Source: Gemmata obscuriglobus (GTDB taxonomy: Bacteria > Planctomycetota > Planctomycetia > Gemmatales > Gemmataceae). Taken from it: a stretch of DNA of 32,000 nt. The notes below the pieces were generated by a model. The model worked only from the letters and a program-made list of their open reading frames with translations. It was not told the DNA's origin and did no database searches. Where the stretch lies: positions 3,180,001 through 3,212,000 of the forward strand of contig NZ_CP042911.1 of NCBI RefSeq assembly GCF_008065095.1, given 5' to 3'. The position numbers and the translations under genes were made by a program. Shown here one piece after another: positions 17,333 to 24,855 of the stretch (the first letter of the stretch is position 1; each line of letters begins with the position of its first letter).

Positions 17333-19028
17333 TTTGTGGCAGAGTGTATCTCGTTTGCGGAACGAGGAGCCCGGCCGTTCGGCGAAGAACCGTGGGAGCC
17401 GGTCGTCTTGGCTCAGCACGGCGGCCCGCAGTTGCAGGATCGATTCGGCACCGTCGGGCCGGGTCCAATGCTTCTGTGTGCTCTTCACCCGGGCGTTGAT
17501 CTCGCCCACCAGTGACTCGACCAAGCTACTCGTCGTCGGTAGCCCGTTGCGCCGGTATCGCGGGTACGCCATGCGATCCCGATTGTTCCCCAAGTAGGTC
17601 CGCGCGTGCGCCACCACCCGGCGCGGGTCCCGGCGCTCCTCGGCCGTCGCCGCCTCACCCGGTGGGGGCTCACCCAGCCGCGCCTGCCACTGATCCAGTT
17701 CGGTGAGCACTTCTCCAACGCGACCCTGCCAGCACGCGCGCATCCAGGCCACGTATTGGGACCAACCCGACGCCTCATCGGGGCTCACGGCCGCGGCCGA
17801 CGAGAACACGTAACACACCGCGTGCAGGAAATCCACGATCGGCTCGAACGCACCAAAGTACCCGCGCCAGATGGTCCAGTTGTACGCCTGACCGTCGGCT
17901 ACGAACGCCCGACGCGGGGCCTCATAGAAGCGCCGCTCCTGGGCCTCGGCGGCCATCATCGGGCCGAACGCGGTACTCCCCTCCAGGCTCGCCACGCACG
18001 TCCGCACCAACCGCGTCGGGGACCACCGCTCGGCCCCTTCGGGTTCCCCGGCCGGCACCGGGGGCGTCGATTCGTCCACGGTTTCCGGGGGCGCGACCTC
18101 GCCCGCCGGGCCCTTCATCTGCTGCACCAGGCGCCGCACCCGGCGCGGGCAGCGGAACGACTCGGGCGGCTCGGGGCACGGGTCCGTGGCGAACGTGGGG
18201 CCACTCAGGGTGGCCAGGCACGCCACCTTGTCCTCCTTGTTCTGGGCCTCGTGAACACCCGGGCCGGCGCCCGCGGCGCGGGTGCGGATGCGCCCCCCAT
18301 CGACCTCGACCACCACGGCCACGGGCACCACCGCGGTCCGCGGCTCTAACTGGCGGCGCCGGTGCTCGACCGCCTTCCGATCGCGCCGCGCGATCAACTC
18401 GTGCCCGACCTCGTGAGCCAGTCGGCGCACCTGGTTGTCGCTGATCGTGACCCCGGTCATCCGCACCGCCTCGGCGGCATCCCGGAACGAGGAGAACCGG
18501 GCGGCGGCCGTGACGATGCGTTGAACGACCGAGGAACTGTACCCGTGCTCATCCAGCCCGAGGGCCAGCCGCAGGGGGGAAAAAGTCCCGCCGGCAGGCG
18601 GGACAATGGGCGATCCGTTCGGCCTGTTGAACCGTGGCCCCTTGGGCCGCCAGGGTGCGGGTGTGTGGTCGGGTCGGGCACGGCTCGCCACACACCGGAC
18701 ACGGAACCTGTTCGGGCACCTTCCGGGCCTGCTGGTGGAGCATCTGCTGGAGGGCACCTTCGGTGAGCCCTTGTGCCGCCGCGGTGGCGATCTGCTCCAT
18801 CGTCCGGAAGTCCACGTCCAATCCCGGCCCGTCGTCCCCGAACGCCCGCTTGGAAACGATTTTGCCCCACTCCGCCGCCAGTGCTCGAAGGCGGTCGAGT
18901 TCCTCGGCCGTGAAACGCGGTGTGCTCATGACTCGCCCCGCACGAGAGTTGCGGCGAAATCGCCCCGCGCTTTTCCTATCCCGTGCCCCGAGGACCGCAA
19001 GGCCTACTGCAAACCGTGGCGTGACCTC
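17296..19028 (-). mobile_element. ISKra4-like insertion sequence (1733 bp)
   Basis: A 19-bp terminal inverted repeat: gaggtcacgcaacggtttg (17296-17314) matches the reverse complement of caaaccgtggcgtgacctc (19010-19028) at 18 of 19 positions. A 9-bp direct target duplication ccaaacgga lies at 17287-17295 and 19029-19037. Confidence 0.85.
17300..18929 (-). pseudogene. ISKra4-family transposase split by a 1-nt frameshift
   Basis: The N-terminal part runs from ATG 18929: MSTPRFTAEELDRLRALAAEWGKIV..CPVCGEPC..HCPACRRDFFP (ORF 18549..19100). It continues in another frame as LRLALGLDEHGYSSSVVQRIV..FVADGQAYNW..IVDFLHAVCYV..YLGNNRDRMAYPRYRRNGLPTTSSLVESLVGEINARVK (ORF 17300..18757). The junction is at the T5C6 run (plus strand G6A5, 18574-18584). 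One C fewer would give a continuous ~543-aa product. Confidence 0.8.
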
Positions 19029-19037
19029 CCAAACGGA

Positions 19038-19350
19038 TGTCTGGCGTATCTGGGCTCTCAGTTCGGGGGATGATTTCGATAAACTCGTTTCGGCCGCCAC
19101 GGCCGTTTACGAGCGACACCAGCACCGCGTCGAAGGGCTCATTGCCTTGGGCGTGTTGCACGAGGCTCACACGAAGCGCGGGGACGACGAGCGGGTCGCG
19201 GCCGTGCGGAAGCAGATCGACGCCCTGTTTGCCAAACTCAAGGACAAGCCGGGGGCCTTCCCCGAAACGTTTGGCGAGTACAGCCGGGGGTACTGGGAAC
19301 AGCAGTGGTTTCTGGAAGAAAAGCGCAAACAGATGAAGGGCAGCCCGTGA
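19038..19350 (+). pseudogene. Displaced C-terminal 104 codons of the ECF sigma fusion gene
   Basis: Joining 17295 to 19038 restores ...AARVRTQT-D-VWRIWALSSGDDFDKLVSAATAVYERHQHRVEGLIALGVLHEAHTKRGDDERVAAVRKQIDALFAKLKDKPGAFPETFGEYSRGYWEQQWFLEEKRKQMKGSP in the same frame, ending at the TGA at 19348-19350. Confidence 0.8.
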
Positions 19351-19435
19351 CGGCCGCGGCCCCTGCCGCGGTTGCCCGGCGCCTTAATCCGGGCATCCCG
19401 CTTTCGGATCGGCGACTCGGAACGCCCGGCGCCGG

Positions 19436-20695
19436 TTACACCTTGAACACTTCTCTCACGTTGTCGCGCAGGAGCCGCGTGCCCAGCGCGACGGCGTCCG
19501 TCTCGCTCAGCGTCCCGGGCCGCACGAACTCGTCCGCCAGCACCCCCGCCAGGATGCGGCGGTACATCCCGTACTTGGGCTTCACGAACTCCAGCTTGTA
19601 CGCGTCCGAGTAGTACCCGATCAGCTTCGTCTTGGGCACCGCGGTGATCCGCTCGGTCAGGTCCTTGCGGATGAACGGCGGGGTGTTCGAGTACCACCAG
19701 TGCCCGTTCGGCAGCACGTTCGGGAAGATCCACGAGTACGCCATCAGCTCCTGGTTCTGCAGGCTGGTGAGCACCGAGACCGGGAACGTCACTTCCGGGA
19801 ACGCGTTGAACAGGTCCCGGTACTGGATCAGGCTGGTGCGCTGGTCGAACAGGTCCTGCCCCTGGTACACGCCCTTCGGGTACACCTTGCGGTTCACCCC
19901 GATCATCAGGTCGAACGGCAGGCGGAAGTCGCGGCACAGTTCGGCGATCAGCCAGAAAATGCCCGAGGCCAGGTCGTGGTAGCCGTGGAACTGCATCTGC
20001 TCGTAGAAGTGCTCGTCGTCGAACGGGGCCGGGTGGAAGGTCGGCGGCAGCGAGATGGCGCACGCCTTCGCCCCGTTCTGCGTGAACCGCAGGAACACTC
20101 TCACCAGCGCCCGCCGCAAACTCGCGGCGTCATGGACGTCGATGCCCGTGGTCGCCTCCAGGCGCCGTCGCGTTTCCGGCTTGTCGAAGTGGAACACCAG
20201 CGTGTCGGTCCGCAGGCACGGGACGTACTTGGCGGTATCGAACCCGGTGAGCGGGTCGTCGAACTCGTTCGTCAGGAAGATCTTTTCGAGCCGCGTCTTC
20301 TCGAACACCTGCGATTCCCAGTCGGGCTGGGCGAACGTCTTCAGCGCGGCGTCGAACAGCTTGTCCGCGTCGCCCGCGGAGACACGGGTCTCGCTTTCAG
20401 GGAGCCCCAGGAAGGTGTGGGCGATGTCGATGAACCACGCGTACTGCGCGGTGTTGTCGTAGCGGTCCATGAACTTGACGATCTCGCGCACCCGGTCGCG
20501 CGGGTCGGCCTCGGGTGCGAGCAGCGTCTGGGGCATCCCGGCGGAGTGCGCCAGTTCCGTGTAGTAGTGGTAGCCGAGGATGTCGTCGAGCGACTTCGAA
20601 ACCGGCTTCAACGGGTCGATGTGTGAGTGCGGGTCGATGAGCGGAACCTTGGAGAGCGCGGACTCGAGGTTCTGAACCAGTTGATCGAGAGGCAT
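19436..20695 (-). CDS. Glucuronate (uronate) isomerase-like amidohydrolase-fold protein
   Basis: The ATG at 20695 is preceded by gaggtg and lies within ORF 19436..20881. The sequence reads MPLDQLVQNLESALSKVPLIDPHSHIDP.. (HxH metal motif) ..LGYHYYTEL..LPNGHWWYSNTP..GYYSDAYKLEF. The HWW(F/Y) and YSDA blocks recall UxaC. 419 aa. Confidence 0.7.
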   Translation of the reverse strand: MPLDQLVQNLESALSKVPLIDPHSHIDPLKPVSKSLDDILGYHYYTELAHSAGMPQTLLAPEADPRDRVREIVKFMDRYDNTAQYAWFIDIAHTFLGLPESETRVSAGDADKLFDAALKTFAQPDWESQVFEKTRLEKIFLTNEFDDPLTGFDTAKYVPCLRTDTLVFHFDKPETRRRLEATTGIDVHDAASLRRALVRVFLRFTQNGAKACAISLPPTFHPAPFDDEHFYEQMQFHGYHDLASGIFWLIAELCRDFRLPFDLMIGVNRKVYPKGVYQGQDLFDQRTSLIQYRDLFNAFPEVTFPVSVLTSLQNQELMAYSWIFPNVLPNGHWWYSNTPPFIRKDLTERITAVPKTKLIGYYSDAYKLEFVKPKYGMYRRILAGVLADEFVRPGTLSETDAVALGTRLLRDNVREVFKV

Positions 20696-20909
20696 CTCGC
20701 ACCTCGTGTTGGTAATTTGGGAACCGGTCACGGTAACTTTTACACGTTCTACGCCGGAACCAACCCGGCAAGAATTACAAACCCTGAGCACTTTAGAAGA
20801 GCGGCGTGCATTCTCGGAGCCAGTCCGGGCTCGCAGCATTTTCTTAAGATTCGATACCAAATGATTTTGCGTCCGCGGCAATAGCTAAGGTCGGCGCGGC
20901 TGCGAGAAT

Positions 20910-20925
20910 TGGCACGGTCGGTGCT
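20910..20925 (+). promoter_or_regulatory. Candidate sigma-54 (-24/-12) promoter
   Basis: TGGCACGgtcgGTGCT matches the consensus TGGCACG-N4-TTGCW at 11 of 12 positions, with the canonical GG-to-GC spacing. It is intergenic and points toward the C-run region. Confidence 0.5.
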
Positions 20926-20935
20926 TTAGATACAA

Positions 20936-21197
20936 CCGTTCGCGACGCACAACCCCCAAGTGACTCGCGAATCGGTGCCGGGCCTGCTTCTGACTCACCT
21001 TCCCCCAAGGCCGAGTCAACCCCCCAAAGCGACCCGGCACCGCGAGAACAACGACCGTCGGCTTTCCCCCAAAGTCGCGGTCACGAGAGAGATTTCCCCC
21101 CTCTCTCGGACTCATCACACAACACGTCCGATCCCCCATCTGACGGCAACCTTCCCCCAAGCCGCCGCCCTCCCCCAGGGCGGCGGTCCGTCTTTTT
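20936..21197 (+). ncRNA. Candidate novel structured RNA (~260 nt) with repeated CCCCC loops
   Basis: There is no credible ORF. Eight C5-6 runs occur on the plus strand only. Supporting helices are 20939-20945/20965-20971, 20973-20982/21033-21042, 21084-21091/21101-21108, 21126-21132/21138-21144 and 21162-21171/21177-21186. Two mini-hairpins, cctt-ccccc-aagg and cttt-ccccc-aaag, are also present. The region is bounded by a sigma-54-like promoter and an intrinsic terminator. The ends are approximate. Confidence 0.45.
21161..21197 (+). terminator. Rho-independent terminator
   Basis: A perfect 10-bp GC-rich stem, ccgccgccct (21162-21171) pairing with agggcggcgg (21177-21186), has a CCCCC loop. 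It is followed by tccgtcttttt. Confidence 0.65.
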
Positions 21198-21325
21198 GCG
21201 GTTCCAGTCGTTCAGAGTTTCAAGTTGTCCACCGTCCAATTGAAGCGCGTCGTTTCGAGTGCGAGTCTCCGCCTACCGGCTGACGCCAGTGGATGACGCT
21301 CGCAACCACCAATTAGGCTTCAGTC

Positions 21326-21442
21326 GGACCTCAGTAGTTTCAGGTTCCAAGTTCCAAGTCGGAACCCAGTTGGTCAAAAGCGGCGGCGATTCGTGCCGCT
21401 CATGACTCCACTTGGAACCTGGAACTTGAAACTACTGGACCT
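21326..21442. repeat. Long imperfect inverted repeat (~28-bp arms containing tandem gttccaa heptamers)
   Basis: cagtagtttcaggttccaagttccaagt (21332-21359) matches the reverse complement of acttggaacctggaacttgaaactactg (21410-21437) with two mismatches. The spacer is about 50 nt. It ends 5 nt before the stop of the minus-strand phosphoesterase gene. Confidence 0.7.
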
Positions 21443-21446
21443 GATA

Positions 21447-21935
21447 TCACCCTGGCACGTCGAGAAAGCGTAAGGCGCCGCTCTCGACTTCGAGAAGTGC
21501 CACGGTGAACACATCGGCACGTTTCAGCGCGCCGGGGTTGATGCGCCGAACCGCCCCCGTTGTGGTGAACGCGGCAATGTGGGTGTGACCGCTCAGTAGG
21601 TAATCCGGTCCCTCTCCGAGCAACTGCCGCACGTCCGAACTCATGTGACCGTGGGTGACCGCAATGCGTTTCCCGGCCGCTTCGATCATCCCGCACCAGC
21701 CGAGACACTCGACGCCGGTGCCCGCTGCGGCCCGGTATAGGTAGGGAACCGAGTCCGCGTCGTGGTTGCCGAACACAAACCAGGCCGGGAGCACTGCGAG
21801 CAACTCCACGATCGCCTCGGACGCCAGATCCCCGCAATGAACCAGTGCCTCCGCGCCCTCGGCGCGCAACATTTCGATGGCGCGCCGGGTGCGTTCGATT
21901 TCGTCGTGCGTGTCCGAAAGGATGCCCAATCGCAT
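21447..21935 (-). CDS. YfcE/MJ0936-family metallophosphoesterase
   Basis: The ATG at 21935 gives MRLGILSDTHDE. It carries the metallophosphoesterase motif series: DTHD, HCGDL, FGNHDAD, VTHGH, SGHTH. 162 aa. Confidence 0.85.
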   Translation of the reverse strand: MRLGILSDTHDEIERTRRAIEMLRAEGAEALVHCGDLASEAIVELLAVLPAWFVFGNHDADSVPYLYRAAAGTGVECLGWCGMIEAAGKRIAVTHGHMSSDVRQLLGEGPDYLLSGHTHIAAFTTTGAVRRINPGALKRADVFTVALLEVESGALRFLDVPG

Positions 21936-22122
21936 CGCCGCTCCTGCGTCAGTCAAGAAAGCGGGTTCTCGGGGAGTGTAAAAACCGGCGCCAACAGGTA
22001 CAACCGAATCGGAACTGGAGGTCGATGAACGCGGCCTTCACCCGGGAGGGTGCGAGCCGCGCGTACCGCCGCTTCCCGGTCCAAGAACCACCGCGGGATC
22101 GCAAACGTGCGTAAGGGGCGAT

Positions 22123-23034
22123 ATGCCGGGCGAGTTCGAGTACATCGCATGGCTGCGGGCGCGGACGCCGGCCCACTCGCGGGTCCGTCTCGGCCCCGGG
22201 GACGACTGCGCCGCCCTGGAACCGCCCGCACGAGAACTGCTCGTCACCACCGACATGCTCATGGACGGCACCGACTTCATCCTGTCGGAGGTCGGCGCGC
22301 GGCGGGTCGGACGGAAGGCGATGGCCGCGAACCTCAGCGACATCGCGGCAATGGCCGGTGTACCCACCGCCGCCACCGTGAGTTTGGCTCTGCCGAACTC
22401 GCACGGTGCAGACCTGGCTCGTGAACTGTTCCTCGGGTTGCGTGACGTTGCCGACGCCTTCAACGTTCCCATTGTCGGCGGCGACACGAACAGTTGGGCC
22501 GGATCGCTCGTCGTCTCCGTCACCGCCCTCGGCGAGGCGACCGTGCGCGGACCGGTCCGGCGCGGCGGCGCGCGTCCCGGCGACTGGATCTTCGTCTCGG
22601 GACCGCTCGGCGGCAGCATCCTCGGGCACCACCTCGATTTCACGCCGCGCGTGGCGGAAGCGTTACAACTTCACGAATTGGTCGAACTGCGGGCGATGTG
22701 CGACATCAGCGACGGGTTGTCCGCCGACCTGAACCACATTTGTGAGGAGAGCCGCTGTGGTGCGGTACTGGACGGCGACGCCGTCCCAATCACCGATGCG
22801 GCGCGCGAACTGAGTCGCACCTCGGGCCGAACGCCGCTCCAACATGCGCTCGGTGACGGTGAGGATTTCGAGTTGGTGTTCACGGTGTCGCCGGAAGACG
22901 GCACGAAGCTACTGGCCCGCCGGCCGTTTCCGAGCTTGGCGAAAATCGGCGAATGTGTCGAGACGGGCTTGTGGCTCGAAATAAACGGAACGCGACAGCC
23001 ACTCGCGCCGACGGGATGGGTTCATTCTCTTTGA
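22123..23034 (+). CDS. thiL: Thiamine-monophosphate kinase
   Basis: MPGEFEYIAWLRART..LGPGDDCAAL..LVTTDMLMDGTDF..GRKAMAANLSDIAAMAG..IVGGDTN. This shows the AIR-synthase-related fold and the ThiL N-terminal signature. 303 aa. Confidence 0.9.
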   Translation: MPGEFEYIAWLRARTPAHSRVRLGPGDDCAALEPPARELLVTTDMLMDGTDFILSEVGARRVGRKAMAANLSDIAAMAGVPTAATVSLALPNSHGADLARELFLGLRDVADAFNVPIVGGDTNSWAGSLVVSVTALGEATVRGPVRRGGARPGDWIFVSGPLGGSILGHHLDFTPRVAEALQLHELVELRAMCDISDGLSADLNHICEESRCGAVLDGDAVPITDAARELSRTSGRTPLQHALGDGEDFELVFTVSPEDGTKLLARRPFPSLAKIGECVETGLWLEINGTRQPLAPTGWVHSL

Positions 23035-23163
23035 GTCAGCAAGTCGCAAGTCGCAAGTCGCAAGTCGCAAGTCGCAAATTCGCAAAGTCGAAGAGCCTTA
23101 CTTGCTACGGTCTTCGACTTTACGACTTGTGACTTGCTGACTTGCTGACTTGCGACTTCGGTC
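23035..23163. repeat. Imperfect palindrome built from tandem heptamers (caagtcg x5 and its complement) filling a convergent intergenic gap
   Basis: The left arm (23040-23094) carries caagtcg repeated five times, then caaattcg and caaagtcgaaga. The right arm (23111-23160) is tcttcgactttacgacttgtgacttgctgacttgctgacttgcgacttcg. The inner 11 bp are perfectly complementary and the outer parts pair heptamer to heptamer. Confidence 0.75.
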
Positions 23164-24195
23164 CTATTTCGGCAGCACCGCGATCGAACCGGTTTCGCTG
23201 ATAAAGATCATGTGGCCGGTGCGGTTGTCCTGGAACACCTCGATTCCGTACCGCTTGGCTTTCGCGAAATCCTTCTCATCGGCCTTCCGGGCGCTGAGCA
23301 CCATCGCCCCCTTCCACGTCACCCCGCGGCCGTCGGTCGCCGCTTTCGCGTCGTTCGGCGCGGTCGCCAGGAACCCGAACTCACTGATGTAGAACAGGAC
23401 GTTGGCGTTCCGGTCCTCGAACACCTCCAACCCCACCTTGGTCCCGCCTTCGGCCTCGTCGGCCTTACGGACCCGCAGGTCGAACCCGTGGAGCGGTTTC
23501 GGGGCGAGGAGCTTTTTCGGGTCCGGAACGGCCGACGGCGCCGGAGCCGTTGCGATGCCTCCCACCTCCGTGGCGTACACCAACCCGCCGGTGTTCTCGT
23601 CTTTGAAGACCTCAATGCCGAACTTCTTGGCGTTGTCGAACGACTCCTGCCCCGGGGACCGCACCTTGGCGGTTTGGGCGTGGTGCCACTTCGGCCCCTT
23701 GTCTTTCACCAACCCGCCCGGCACCGGGGCCAGCGCGATGGCGCCGCTCTCGCAGGCGTACAGCAGCGTGTTCGAGGCCCGGTCCTGGAACAACTCGACG
23801 CCGAACTTCTTGGTCTTCTGCGTGAACTCGGCCTCGTCCGCCCGGCGGCACGACAGGTCGTGCGCGGTGATCCAGTTGCACGATTTGTCCATGCCGAGTG
23901 CGCCGAACGGTGCTTTCGTCACGGCAACGGCACCCGCGTCGCTGATCGCGATGATGGCCTTGGTGGCGTCGTCGCGGAAGAACTCGATTCCCACTTTACG
24001 GGCCTTGGTCCACTCCTGCTCGCCGCCTGGGCGGACGCTCACGTTGTGCCCGTACAGGTGCGTGGGCGTGCCGGCGCTCGCTTTAGCCGCGTCCTTGTTC
24101 TTATCTTGGGCGCCGGCGGGGCGGGCGGCACTGCTTGCGAGAACGACCACGAGGGCCGCGCAAGTGACCAACCCGGCCGCGATCCGTGTCCGCAT
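23164..24195 (-). CDS. Secreted protein of unknown function with five ~60-70-aa internal repeats
   Basis: The ATG at 24195 gives MRTRIAAGLVTCAALVVVLASSAARPAGAQ, a signal peptide. Five units then share a pattern of R..(D/E)..F...K(K/R)(F/Y)G(I/V)E(V/L/F)F.D......(L/I)(L/I/V/F)(Y/F)(A/I).E.G.(I/L)A..P. Examples are KKFGIEVFKDENTGGLVYATEVGGIATAP and KRYGIEVFQDNRTGHMIFISETGSIAVLP. Confidence 0.75.
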   Translation of the reverse strand: MRTRIAAGLVTCAALVVVLASSAARPAGAQDKNKDAAKASAGTPTHLYGHNVSVRPGGEQEWTKARKVGIEFFRDDATKAIIAISDAGAVAVTKAPFGALGMDKSCNWITAHDLSCRRADEAEFTQKTKKFGVELFQDRASNTLLYACESGAIALAPVPGGLVKDKGPKWHHAQTAKVRSPGQESFDNAKKFGIEVFKDENTGGLVYATEVGGIATAPAPSAVPDPKKLLAPKPLHGFDLRVRKADEAEGGTKVGLEVFEDRNANVLFYISEFGFLATAPNDAKAATDGRGVTWKGAMVLSARKADEKDFAKAKRYGIEVFQDNRTGHMIFISETGSIAVLPK

Positions 24196-24558
24196 GGTGG
24201 GAAGCCTCAAAGAGGGTGACGGGCGGCACCGAAATTTGCCGCTCAAGGTTTGTGTGCGACGAGTTACGGCAACTCAGTTAACAGCATAGTGCGGATTTCG
24301 CCACCCGACGGAAAGGAGCATCACTCGTCGTAATTCAGACGAGGCGCGAACGTAGCCTGATTGAAACGCACCCGCTCAGTGTTCCGAAAACCGGTTCGAC
24401 TGGACATATGGGGCAAACTTGCTAGATTGCGCCCCGATAACTTTTGACATGTGGCCGGGGTCAGGCTAGTTTTGACCTTAACCCCTCTCCCATTCCACAC
24501 GTTTCCTCCGCCAATGTCCTTGGCTTCGTACCCGCGCACTCGCGGTTAGAGGGCGGCC

Positions 24559-24855
24559 GTGACCAAATTATCCCCGTGCTGGTGCTGCAAAGGTCCGCTC
24601 GAACCCGCACAGCAGCTCCGGTTCCTCGTCGAAACCGACACTCTGGACGAGCCGGCGTACTTGGAGCAGATTCGCGCGCTGCCGAGCATCAACGGTCGCC
24701 CGGTGCCGGTGTGCCGCGAGTGCCATACGCGTCTCGAAGCCGCACCGCGCCTGGGGCGCCCGGTCGCGAAACCGAAACTCCCGGGGCTGCTCGGAACGAT
24801 CGGGGCGCTGTCCGTGGGCTTATTGCTCACCAACTTACTCACCACCCGTAGCTGA
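24559..24855 (+). CDS. Small hypothetical protein with a CxxC...CxxC zinc-ribbon-like N-terminus and a C-terminal TM helix
   Basis: The GTG start is preceded by agagggcgg. The sequence is MTKLSPCWCCKGPL...VPVCRECHTRL...LPGLLGTIGALSVGLLLTNLL. Third-position G/C bias is good. I recognise no family. Confidence 0.55.
   Translation: MTKLSPCWCCKGPLEPAQQLRFLVETDTLDEPAYLEQIRALPSINGRPVPVCRECHTRLEAAPRLGRPVAKPKLPGLLGTIGALSVGLLLTNLLTTRS

Noticed and set aside
20909-20932. Sigma-70 reading of the same region (TTGGCA as -35, TAGATA as -10)
   Set aside because: The spacer is only 12 nt, incompatible with a sigma-70 promoter. The TGGCACG-N4-GTGCT sigma-54 reading fits the spacing.
20940-21200. Minus-strand reading of the C-run region as a GGA-rich CsrA-sponge RNA or a G-quadruplex array
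   Set aside because: On the minus strand the motifs read UUGGGGGAA, which does contain GGA. However, the only terminator (stem plus T-run) and the sigma-54-like promoter are on the plus strand. The G runs are 15-45 nt apart, too far for canonical G4 structures. This is kept only as an alternative to test.
20885-21283. ORFs 20885..21160 (minus, 91 aa) and 20960..21283 (plus, 107 aa) in the C-run region
   Set aside because: They have no start context, and their composition is driven by the C/G runs (PPRPSQPPKA..., GGKPTVVVL...). They span hairpins and a terminator. The region is interpreted as non-coding RNA instead.
23040-23075. Tandem caagtcg heptamers as a possible CRISPR or other array
   Set aside because: The unit is only 7 bp with no spacers, and it is mirrored by its complement 40 nt away. 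It is a palindromic simple repeat, not a CRISPR array. No CRISPR-like repeat-spacer structure was seen anywhere in the window.
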